Positions 55,478 through 64,000 of a stretch of DNA of 64,000 bases are shown here, piece after piece. Under the pieces are notes generated by a model that searched no databases, was not told where the DNA came from, and saw only the letters and a list, made by a program, of their open reading frames with translations. Within the stretch, counting starts at the first letter, position 1. Every line of letters starts with the position of its first letter. This stretch comes from an uncultured Verrucomicrobiae bacterium (GTDB lineage: Bacteria > Verrucomicrobiota > Verrucomicrobiia > Chthoniobacterales > JAFAMB01), in the NCBI GenBank assembly GCA_963813025.1, contig CAWEXO010000003.1, positions 1 through 64,000 of the forward strand, in the 5' to 3' direction. The translations under genes were made by a program, and so were the position numbers.

Positions 55478-56002
55478 TTATAAATCGACGAATCGGACGC
55501 AAGTAACTACCTTTGGGAGCAGTTCGAAGCCCTGGAGCCGGCGCCAATGCTTTTGGGCTTCCAGGCCGAGTTTAAAGACCATGGTCAGTGTCGCGATTCG
55601 TGAACCGGAACCCTTGGTTCGGTGAGTTCGCAGCCGAACGGTAGCGAAGGTGGATTCGATGGGATTGGTGGTCCGTAAATGCGGCCAATGTTGGGCCGGG
55701 AAGTCGTAAAAGGTAAACAGGACTTCTTGATCTTTCTGCAGGCACTCGCAGGCTTGAGGGAATTTAGCCCGGTAACTGGAGATGAACTGATCATAGGCTG
55801 CCAGAGCTGCTTTGCGGGTCGGCGCCAGGGCTGGAATCAGCGCATCAATGCTGGGAGCGCGACGCATGTACTTGGGCAGAATCGCACTGGAAAATCGACC
55901 CCTGTCACGAGGCGTCCTCGAGTAAGGCTGCCGTGTTTCTTTTTCTCACTGAAAGGATGCGGCTTTCTTCATCTCCTCATCCACAAAATTCGGTTATAGC
56001 TC
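55478..56002 (-). mobile_element. Internally deleted IS256 copy related to 33056-34467
   Basis: Same terminal sequence ...ccacaaaattcggttatagctc ending at 56002; two internal deletions and a truncated 3' end. Confidence 0.9.
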
Positions 56003-56466
56003 TAATTGATGGAGGCCAAAGCGTAACCATCCCCTAAAAGTTGTAAATCATTTGGATTCAAACTATCGCCAAACTTATCTCCGTGAGCAGATCCCGCCGC
56101 AGTGAACGTAAACAATCAGCGGCATATTCTTTTGGTTAGTTGGCCAATAAAGATCTAGCTGCTGTTGGTAATCCAATTCATTGTTTCCGTTAAGCGGGGG
56201 GTGAAGAAGCTTTTTACCATCGGGTTTGCTTAAACGGGATTTGATCACAGTAGAACCTACATGCCTACATGCGCCGGTTCATCTCGGCCTTTTCCGCGCA
56301 CGCGTACGTCCTTCTCCCAAAATTGCCCGATAGGTGTCACTTCCGCTATTCGACCTTAGTGCAATGTATTGTCTCTGCCGGGGCGAGCAGGCGGCACTTC
56401 TCGTGAATGTTGCGCGAGTAGATGTTCCACGATTGACAAACAGCGTGCATTGCAAGAGGGAACCTT

Positions 56467-57504
56467 ATGAAATTTGCCGCACTTGTTTTCCTCTCCACAG
56501 TCGCCTACGCTATGGCGCAAGGCGAGTCTTCGTCCGCTCCGGAGCTAAAATTTGGAGATCTTGGGGACTTCAAGCTCGAAAGTGGCGCGGTCATACGGGA
56601 GTGCCGCATCGGCTACCACACGTTGGGGAAGTTAAATGATGATAAGTCGAACGTGGTGCTGTGGCCGACCTGGTTCACCGGCAGCTCAAAGCAGCTCATT
56701 CCCCTCGTGGGTCCCGACGGGTATGTTGACCCTTCGCGCTTCTTCGTAATTTTCGTTGACGCTCTCGGCAACGGGGTCTCTTCCTCTCCATCCAACAGCT
56801 CCGTCCAGCCTCGCATGGCCTTTCCCGTCTTCACGATCGGCGACATGGTCAATTCTCAGTACCGCCTGCTTACGGAGAACCTCGGGATCAATCATATTCG
56901 CGCGGTGATGGGCATCTCGATGGGAGGCATGCAGACATTCCAGTGGATTGTTTCTCACCCCGAATTTATGGACAAAGCCGTGGCAATTGTCGGCTCACCG
57001 CGGCTCACCGCCTACGATCTGCTGCTTTGGCGCAGCGAGCAGAGCGCAATCGAAGAGGACAAGGACTGGAACGGCGGCAATTATACCACCGAGCCACGTC
57101 TCGACACTGTCGCAGAGATCCACAACCTGGCTCTCACCACCCCTTCTTATCGCGTTCGCGAAACCGCGGCGGCCAAGTTTCCGGAGTTTCTTGATGGAAT
57201 CGATAAGGACGGTCTCGGGCGCATGGACGCCAACGATTGGCTGCGTCAGCTCCAAGCGATGATGACCCACAACATTGCCGCACCTTTCGGCGATTCCCTC
57301 GAGAGCGCCGCTAAGCAAGTCAAGGCGAAGGTGATGGTGGTGGCAGCAACGCAGGACCATATGGTGAATCCCACACCGGCCATGGAGCTTGCCGGGATTC
57401 TCCATGCCACAGTTGTGCAGCTGACGGGCGACTGCGGCCACCTTGAGCCGGGCTGCGACAAAGCCGAGGCTGCTCCGAAGGTCAGGGAGTTTATCGCTCA
57501 GTGA
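56467..57504 (+). CDS. Secreted alpha/beta hydrolase of the homoserine O-acetyltransferase (MetX)-like family
   Basis: Signal peptide MKFAALVFLSTVAYAMA; F.LESG, TLGKLN, GISMGGMQ (Ser), QDHMV (Asp), DCGH (His). Confidence 0.85.
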   Translation: MKFAALVFLSTVAYAMAQGESSSAPELKFGDLGDFKLESGAVIRECRIGYHTLGKLNDDKSNVVLWPTWFTGSSKQLIPLVGPDGYVDPSRFFVIFVDALGNGVSSSPSNSSVQPRMAFPVFTIGDMVNSQYRLLTENLGINHIRAVMGISMGGMQTFQWIVSHPEFMDKAVAIVGSPRLTAYDLLLWRSEQSAIEEDKDWNGGNYTTEPRLDTVAEIHNLALTTPSYRVRETAAAKFPEFLDGIDKDGLGRMDANDWLRQLQAMMTHNIAAPFGDSLESAAKQVKAKVMVVAATQDHMVNPTPAMELAGILHATVVQLTGDCGHLEPGCDKAEAAPKVREFIAQ

Positions 57505-57721
57505 GCACGGGTGCCTAGTCCGGACCGGCTAAGTCAGGGCGCGGCCGTTCAGGTTCGCGACTTGGTTGTGGACCGCCACTACAGACTTGGAGCATTGACC
57601 GGACTCGTCTTTTTGGCCCACGAAGGGGTCGGCGAAAGACAACTGCCGTGAGGCGGAGAATCGTGAAAGCGAGTGACTTTTCTGCCCAGGTAGACACCTT
57701 TGCGTCCTTGGCCGACAATGT

Positions 57722-57749
57722 GTCCGCCAAAACTTTGGCGACGGCGGAG
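57722..57749 (+). repeat. REP-like palindromic repeat, copy 2, between convergent genes
   Basis: gtccgccaaaactttggcgacggcggag; hairpin; 22/28 match to the reverse complement of 9846-9873. Confidence 0.55.
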
Positions 57750-57797
57750 ACCTTGTTAAGTCTGCTTTGCGCGAGGGCTTTTTCGCGTGCACAGCAA

Positions 57798-58403
57798 TTA
57801 TGGCCTTGGCATGTATGGCAATTCCGCTATCCGTTCCGTAACTAAAGCGCTACCCTCCAGGAGTTCGCCAATTGGGTCCCAACGACCGTTAATCAGTGCA
57901 TCACGCGCGCTGGACCGAATAGAGGCCGGAAAACAATCATCTCCAAAACGAATCTTCTCGGCGACCAAATCGATGCTCATCTCGTGGTTTGGTTCGGACT
58001 CGACCATTTGGCGGATCTGGTTGAGGTCGTGTCGTGAAGCGCTCACACAGGGGAGCCCTAACGTCGTCGAATTTCCGAAGAAAATTTCAGCAAAACTCTC
58101 CGCAACGACCGCGCGAAAACCATAACGGTAGATCGCTTGGGGAGCGTGCTCACGGGAACTACCGCACCCGAAATTTCTGCTGCCGATCAAGATCGCTGCT
58201 CCTTTGAATCGGGGATCATTCAGGGAGCAGGTTGTGGGCTGTCCATTCTGGTCGAAGCGCACGTCGTAAAACAAGAACTCGCCCAAACCTTCAAAGGTGA
58301 CGCATTTCAAGTATCTGGCCGGAATGATCCGGTCCGTATCCACGTCATCCCCTGGGACCGAGACGCAACGACCGCTTACTTCGAGAATCTTTCTTAAGGC
58401 CAT
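57798..58403 (-). CDS. leuD: 3-isopropylmalate dehydratase small subunit
   Basis: DVDTDRIIPARYLK, NFGCGSSREHAPQA, SFAEIFFGN; start MALRKI at 58403. Confidence 0.95.
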   Translation of the reverse strand: MALRKILEVSGRCVSVPGDDVDTDRIIPARYLKCVTFEGLGEFLFYDVRFDQNGQPTTCSLNDPRFKGAAILIGSRNFGCGSSREHAPQAIYRYGFRAVVAESFAEIFFGNSTTLGLPCVSASRHDLNQIRQMVESEPNHEMSIDLVAEKIRFGDDCFPASIRSSARDALINGRWDPIGELLEGSALVTERIAELPYMPRP

Positions 58404-58434
58404 GACGTTAGTTTTGAATTCAAAGTCTTCATGA

Positions 58435-59841
58435 TCATCGGCTAAACAATTCCCGGGCATCCGTAATCTCACCCGCAATTGCCGCCGCTGCGACCATGAC
58501 CGGGCTCATTAGTACGGTCCGGCCGGTGGCGCTCCCTTGCCGGCCCTTGAAGTTCCGGTTGCTGGAACTGGCGCAAAGCTGATCGCCGACCAGCTTATCT
58601 GGATTCATCGCGAGGCACATCGAGCAACCAGCCTCGCGCCATTCAAACCCAGCCGCGGTGAAGATCCGATCAATCCCTAGTTCCTTGCAAGCAGCTCCGA
58701 CGGCCTGCGAGCCAGGAACCGCGATGGCTCTAATGCCTCGTGCGACATGCCGGCCTTCTATATATTTAGCGACTTCTTTGAAGTCCGACAGCCGGCCGTT
58801 GGTGCAACTCCCAAGAAATGCGACTTGGATTGGAGTTCCTTTAATTGGTTGCCCCGGTCGCAAGTTCATATGTTCGAGGGCTTCCGCGAGCGATCCGCGC
58901 TCATCCGCGGAGGTCGTTTCTGGGGTGGGTAATTTCTCTGAAATGAAAACTGCCTGGCCGGGATTGATACCCCACGTCACCGTCGGCTCAATCTCTGCGG
59001 CATCGAAATCGGCCACATCGTCGTAAACACAGTCGGAATCCGAGACGTATGACTCCCATCGGTTGATCGCCTTCTTCCATTCGTCACCTTTTGGGCTGTA
59101 GGGACGGCCCTCAAGATAAGCGTATGTTGTCTCGTCCGGGTTGACGTACCCGGCACGGGCGCCGCCCTCGATCGACATGTTGCAGACGGTCATCCGCTCT
59201 TCCATTGTAAATCTGTCGAAGACTTCTCCGCCGTATTCGTAAGCAAATCCATTGCCTCCGTTTACCCCCAATTTCCGAATAATGTGAAGGATCACATCCT
59301 TAGCATAGGTTCCCGCCGGCAGCTTCCCATCGACATTGATCCGCCGGGCTTTCAATTTGCCGATTGCCATTGTCTGGGTTGCCAGCACGTCACGCACTTG
59401 GCTTGTACCAATCCCAAAAGCAATCGCGCCAAAAGCACCGTGGGTCGAGGTGTGAGAATCTCCGCAAGCGATCGTCGTCCCTGGTTGCGTGATACCCTGC
59501 TCCGGACCCACCACATGAACGATGCCTTGCTTACCAGAAAAAACGTCAAAGTAGGTGATTCCAAATTCCGCGCAATTCTTGCGCAGTTCCTTAATCATCG
59601 CGTCGGCCAGCGGATCTGAAAACGGCTCGGTCCGTTGATCAGTCGGAATAATGTGATCGACCGTCGCAAATGTCCGATGAGGAAAGGCGACGGGAAGCCT
59701 CATTTCCCGAAGCATTGCGAACGCCTGTGGGCTGGTGACCTCGTGGATGAGATGAGTTCCGATGAGCAACTGGGTTTGGCCATTTCGCAATTCGCGCACT
59801 GAGTGCGCCTCCCATACTTTCTCAAAAAGTGTTTGTCCCAT
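58435..59841 (-). CDS. leuC: 3-isopropylmalate dehydratase large subunit
   Basis: [53 protein letters not shown]; start MGQTL at 59841. Confidence 0.96.
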   Translation of the reverse strand: MGQTLFEKVWEAHSVRELRNGQTQLLIGTHLIHEVTSPQAFAMLREMRLPVAFPHRTFATVDHIIPTDQRTEPFSDPLADAMIKELRKNCAEFGITYFDVFSGKQGIVHVVGPEQGITQPGTTIACGDSHTSTHGAFGAIAFGIGTSQVRDVLATQTMAIGKLKARRINVDGKLPAGTYAKDVILHIIRKLGVNGGNGFAYEYGGEVFDRFTMEERMTVCNMSIEGGARAGYVNPDETTYAYLEGRPYSPKGDEWKKAINRWESYVSDSDCVYDDVADFDAAEIEPTVTWGINPGQAVFISEKLPTPETTSADERGSLAEALEHMNLRPGQPIKGTPIQVAFLGSCTNGRLSDFKEVAKYIEGRHVARGIRAIAVPGSQAVGAACKELGIDRIFTAAGFEWREAGCSMCLAMNPDKLVGDQLCASSSNRNFKGRQGSATGRTVLMSPVMVAAAAIAGEITDARELFSR

Positions 59842-60027
59842 TTTGCAGTATTGTACTCCGTTGTTCTTATAAGGAAAGTTTGCCGCCTGCACAACTGTTT
59901 GGCACGTCGACTTTAGCTTTCCGGCTCCTGGCTATCGGTTTGAACCGCATTTGGCTATATCCGTCCGCTTTCTGCTCCAGCTGCCGTCTTCGTTGTCTCG
60001 AATATCAAATAGTAGGCAGATCGAAGC

Positions 60028-60411
60028 ATGACCGATCTCAATCCGCAGCCAAAGCAGATGGCCGATGAGTCCATGGTACGTGCATTATCCGCGCAGGCGC
60101 GGCCGCTCGCAAAAACAGATCCTTCGAATCTTCCGCCCATGCAAAGTCGCGAATCTACTTTAGCTCCGGCGTCACCAAAACTATGGCCGCCACATCAGTC
60201 GAACAAGCCGGACCAATCCTTGAAGGATTCAGCCAGGCCAGCAAATCTAGACACAGCGTTTGCCGAAATAGACGAGGAATTGAAGTTCGATTGGCCGGAA
60301 AGTTTGGCGGTGGAGCGAGTCTACAGTGGAATTGCGGAAATTGTAGCCGCTGCCTTCGGGTTGATCGGATTTGTCGTGCTCGCTCTGCGAGCGATTGCTA
60401 GGTTTGGATGA
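60028..60411 (+). CDS. Hypothetical protein with C-terminal TM helix
   Basis: 127-aa ORF, Pro/Ser-rich N-terminus, hydrophobic IVAAAFGLIGFVVLAL. Confidence 0.45.
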   Translation: MTDLNPQPKQMADESMVRALSAQARPLAKTDPSNLPPMQSRESTLAPASPKLWPPHQSNKPDQSLKDSARPANLDTAFAEIDEELKFDWPESLAVERVYSGIAEIVAAAFGLIGFVVLALRAIARFG

Positions 60412-60823
60412 GTGCCTGGTGACGGAGAATCGTTGGCTGGGATGTATTCGTTGTACGCGTCGCCGGACACCTCCTTGTTGCTTGGAGAGGCCGTCGCGCT
60501 TAGCTAAGAGAATGAGCCAAGGCGAAATAGGCATCGCTTGAAGAAGGGAATCGCCCGAATTTGAGGCGGTTCGCCCTCGTGAAGCACCAACGCAGATTCT
60601 GACATTGGCGTCGAAACCGAACGTCCCTATTGAGAACTGTTCTTCTAGCACAATATGGTTCGATGCATATTATCCCGTATAGCCGGTCGTTAGATACTCA
60701 GGTGCTCCCCATCGTCTGGACAGGTTCGATGGGTTTGTTAGCTATAAATTTCCTTCAAAAGGAGCGGGGAAAACCAGCCGATTCTTCCGCGCGACCTTTT
60801 GTCGGAGTTTTGTAGGGATTCTG

Positions 60824-61035
60824 TTATATACGGCAGCAGGCGACCGATTGGCAAGACTGCTGTGCGGCCGCTGATCGTTGTAGAAGGAGAAGTAGCGACC
60901 GATACTCCGCCAGGCGGGTTCGCTTGTGGTTGACGGACCAACCCTGGTCGTGCAACGCAAGGGTCATCCGGCGTACCCCGTAAAAGGGCCAGCGGGTATA
61001 GAGTCGGTCCAGGGCGCTCATCAGCACCAGATCTC
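60824..61035 (-). mobile_element. IS3-family transposase remnant with the catalytic core deleted
   Basis: LM..LD.LY..WPFYGVRRM....GW.VNHKR joined to RYFSFYNDQRPHSSL..RSPA.VY. Confidence 0.8.
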
Positions 61036-61452
61036 CAGGTCTTTTTTCTATCTTAGCGACCTGTCCAGATTTTGGGGAGCAATTCACTCACTTCTACTGA
61101 GATAGGGTCGGGAAGTGTTCAAACTCATAAACGCGACCAATCACAGCAGAGTCGCCATCGAGCGGCCTGCAGGACATTTGCAGATCCATCAGTATCTTGG
61201 ATGCGAGCCGCGATCAAGGACAGTTGTCAATAATGTCTCCTGTGCTCGTTTCGGGAGATAAAGCTACACGGTAAAGTTTTCGGCCATCAAAAGCTATCGC
61301 ACCAACCATTCAGTGAGCAACCAGGGGGGACCCAAGGACCTCGCGGGGGATGGAAGAGCGACTCGTTAAGGGTGACAAGGGTGGCCCAGGTTCCAGCTTA
61401 GGGGAGTCTTGCAATCATCTTTTGGGGAGATTAAGATTCGCGCTCCGGAAGA

Positions 61453-62109
61453 ATGAAATTCAAGCTGTGGTGTTTCTTTATCGTCTTAGCCCATACATGT
61501 CTGGGACAAAGCCCAACGGACGCATGGAGTGTGTTTCTTACAATTAATAGTGACATCGTTATTATCGAGAACGGCGTAAAGAGCCCAATATTGAAGAAAA
61601 AGGCATCAAGGCTAGATGCTGTCTTATTAAAGTATCACCCTATTAGCAGAGATTCTGGTGAGTGGAATCAAATCACCTTGGCGGAAGACTATCTTTCGCA
61701 ACTGAATCATGACGCTTTAGTGCTCAAGACCGCTTACGCTTTAATCCATGATAAAAAGGATATAGACTCTTATGACCCGCTTGGTCCTGCCCTTGATGAC
61801 TTGTACTTGAAAGCCAATGCTTGCCTTCTCAATAATGGATATGCTGTGGGGTCAGTTCCCGTGAAAGTGCACACGAAAAAAGCGGGCATCGAAGTGTCCA
61901 ATTGGCGAGTGGTCTGCATGGCAAAAATTCTCCGATTTTTCACTAATTTTTCACCCACGGCATTTCCTCAGTTGAGCAGTCCTACGAAATGGGAGCTTGC
62001 TCCAGGGAATTATATTATGTGGGCGGAGGATCCGGAGACTGGAAGGAAATCCTCGCAGCAAGAAATTCCTGTAGATCGAAATCAGGAATGTGACCTTGCC
62101 GTCCCATAA
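61453..62109 (+). CDS. Hypothetical secreted protein, 218 aa
   Basis: Signal peptide MKFKLWCFFIVLAHTCLG; helical N-half, beta-rich C-half (LSSPT..ELAPGNYIMWA); lower GC than neighbours. Confidence 0.7.
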   Translation: MKFKLWCFFIVLAHTCLGQSPTDAWSVFLTINSDIVIIENGVKSPILKKKASRLDAVLLKYHPISRDSGEWNQITLAEDYLSQLNHDALVLKTAYALIHDKKDIDSYDPLGPALDDLYLKANACLLNNGYAVGSVPVKVHTKKAGIEVSNWRVVCMAKILRFFTNFSPTAFPQLSSPTKWELAPGNYIMWAEDPETGRKSSQQEIPVDRNQECDLAVP

Positions 62110-62125
62110 GGAAATCAGGCTCCTG

Positions 62126-62746
62126 ATGACCGCTACTGAGCACATTGGTTGGTCCGCGATTGGTAGGAATTGGACTACTTTGACGCAGGTCGCAACTGGG
62201 GTAATGACAGTCGTGGCAACGATTGTTACTCCACCCCCGACACCTGCAGGCACGCAGGGAATTCGGCCCTTCGCTAGTTTTGTCGTGGCTATTCTGGCCG
62301 GAATCTTTTTCCTCGCACTAAGACGGTTCAGAAGACAAGAAGACACACGGTTGTGGGCTGCAGTTGCAGCTATCCTGCTGGCGCTGACCGTTGTGGCGTA
62401 TTTTTGGTATGCCAATTTGACCGATAGCCTAACAGTGATGTGGCAGGAACATACTTTCGTTTGTGGAACGGAGCTACGATCAGAAATACAAAAGGTTTAC
62501 GGATCGACTATTTCGAAGCCCTTAGTTAGAGAGCTAATCAAGGACGCTGCAGGCGATCCCGCCTTAATTTGGACCGATCAATCTATTCATTCGAGCAAGG
62601 ACCTACTGAGTATCTCCTATCTCGTTATGGTTCCGCTCATCGGTGGGTGCATTATGGCGGCTTCACAGATCGTAATTTGCGTGACACTACCGCGCTCTCG
62701 TGAGAAATCTGCGAAGACCAACAAGAAAAGACCACGGACTCACTAA
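62126..62746 (+). CDS. Hypothetical membrane protein (about 4 TM), 206 aa
   Basis: ATG 16 bp after the previous stop with AAGGA upstream; three N-terminal hydrophobic segments, a soluble loop and one C-terminal TM. Confidence 0.7.
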   Translation: MTATEHIGWSAIGRNWTTLTQVATGVMTVVATIVTPPPTPAGTQGIRPFASFVVAILAGIFFLALRRFRRQEDTRLWAAVAAILLALTVVAYFWYANLTDSLTVMWQEHTFVCGTELRSEIQKVYGSTISKPLVRELIKDAAGDPALIWTDQSIHSSKDLLSISYLVMVPLIGGCIMAASQIVICVTLPRSREKSAKTNKKRPRTH

Positions 62747-62947
62747 TGCACCAAGCCTCTTTTGATGACTAGCGGCGAGACCTACGCTACTGCTTTGCGA
62801 CGGGAGACGAAGCCTACGCCGAACGATACTAAATTCAATTGAACAAGGATCGATAACTGCGTCAACTAAATAGCCAGAATTGCCAACCACAGATACTGGT
62901 GAGCCTGGATTGCCCACAAATCTCTAAAGGATTTGTGAGCAATCAGG

Positions 62948-63748
62948 CTAGGGGTGCAACTCACTTGACAAGAATGTCGACACGTCCCGACGCAACATCT
63001 GGTAGCCAAGGCCGCTAAGGTGAATTTGGTCCTGAACGAAAAGGGCAGGATTAGGTTTTTGGTCTGATCCGAGCATCGCCGTGTAAATATCGATGTATTG
63101 GGTCGCCGGCTGGTTCTGCAGGAACGTCTGCACCATCTGATTCAAGCGAAGGATGTTGTCGAGGTAGCGGAGTCGAGCCGGGGACGGTTTAACCGAGATA
63201 TAGGCAATTGGCATCTGCTCCGAATAGCCGCGTAGTGCACGGTAAAGATCCCGGAACGAGGCAAACGCCTGCTCTGGCAGGGCGCCTTGCGCCAAGTCGT
63301 TATCACCTGCGTAGACCACCACCGCCGCAGGCTTAAGGCGTAAGACCAGGCGGGACACATACCGAACGCAATCGCTCAGGCGCGAACCGCCGAACCCGCA
63401 GTTGACGACCGGGTACCCGATAAAATCCTGGCTCAGAGTCTTCCAGCGGCGAATGGACGAACTTCCATAAAATATAATCGGCCGTTGCGAAAACTCAATT
63501 CGCCGGTTTTCGAGTAGGATGACTTCCTGCTCAAACGGACCAACGGAAGGAGCGTGGGACGCCAGTGAAGGAGTGCCACCGGGCATCACCCGCACGCGCA
63601 GGTTGAGAGTTGGAGTTGCTGAGGCAGAACCGGACGTAGAAGCAATGTCGGGGGCGACCTGAGCGTCTGCCGTAAACGCGTTGGCATAAATCGAGATTGC
63701 CAACAGGCCCTCAGCGAATCGTAAATGGTTGCCAGCCTTGAGGCTCAT
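62948..63748 (-). CDS. GDSL/SGNH-family esterase/lipase
   Basis: FYGSSSIRRW, NCGFGGS, YAGDNDL, DQIHL. Confidence 0.9.
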   Translation of the reverse strand: MSLKAGNHLRFAEGLLAISIYANAFTADAQVAPDIASTSGSASATPTLNLRVRVMPGGTPSLASHAPSVGPFEQEVILLENRRIEFSQRPIIFYGSSSIRRWKTLSQDFIGYPVVNCGFGGSRLSDCVRYVSRLVLRLKPAAVVVYAGDNDLAQGALPEQAFASFRDLYRALRGYSEQMPIAYISVKPSPARLRYLDNILRLNQMVQTFLQNQPATQYIDIYTAMLGSDQKPNPALFVQDQIHLSGLGYQMLRRDVSTFLSSELHP

Positions 63749-63751
63749 CTT

Positions 63752-64000
63752 CTACAGAGGGTGTAAAACTGGTTGCCTGACGGTGCGAGAAGGCAATGGA
63801 TGCCTTTTCAGGCGTGTCTCCGCGAGCGAGATGTAATGGTTAGCGCCCAGCGCCGGAGGTACTGGGCGAGCCGATTGCATAGCGACCGACCGCAATTCCA
63901 AAAACCAGGCGAACAGGGGTGCGGTGAGCAGCTGACAGATTACTAAAGCGGAGGTCATCGGTATCCGTCTTTCTAACTGCACGGTAATCCCGGCGACGCC
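63752..64000 (-). CDS. Hypothetical protein, possibly extending beyond the window
   Basis: Short ORF ending 3 bp before the GDSL gene start; no recognisable motif. Confidence 0.3.
   Translation of the reverse strand, partial: GVAGITVQLERRIPMTSALVICQLLTAPLFAWFLELRSVAMQSARPVPPALGANHYISLAETRLKRHPLPSRTVRQPVLHPL

Noticed and set aside
58404..59892. Extended starts of leuD (58478) and leuC (59892) given by the ORF track
   Set aside because: Family N-termini fit ATG 58403 and ATG 59841; the leuD extension overlaps leuC

Overview
Bacterial accessory region, probably from a soil Verrucomicrobia-type (PVC) genome. The taxon is inferred from the LeuC, DUF1573 and integrase sequence styles and a PVC-style palindromic repeat, not proven. 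Intact modules: a liv-type ABC transporter, two sugar/polyol ABC systems, a polyol/branched-pentose catabolic cluster (FGGY kinase, SorC regulator, two SDRs, split transketolase; heavily frameshifted in this assembly), MgtE, a Tat-exported beta-carbonic anhydrase, GH13 and GH15 glucanases, a FixJ-type two-component pair, a tandem cupredoxin, a DUF4242-cyclase fusion, an APC permease, leuCD and a GDSL esterase. These modules are interleaved with many gene and IS remnants. Best candidates for new biology: (1) 7.9-12.2 kb, an alpha/beta-hydrolase-metacaspase fusion co-oriented with a translationally coupled pair (putative Cys-His-Asp enzyme plus small partner), next to a phospholipase-D remnant; (2) a two-gene orphan membrane system at 4.3-7.6 kb; (3) an IS110 recombinase that reconstructs to an intact 463-aa ORF once separate IS256 and IS1380 insertions are removed, with a structured upstream non-coding end that looks like a bridge RNA; (4) an orphan secreted plus membrane protein pair at 61.4-62.7 kb. 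No rRNA, tRNA or CRISPR array was seen. All family assignments come from motif recognition, not database searches.
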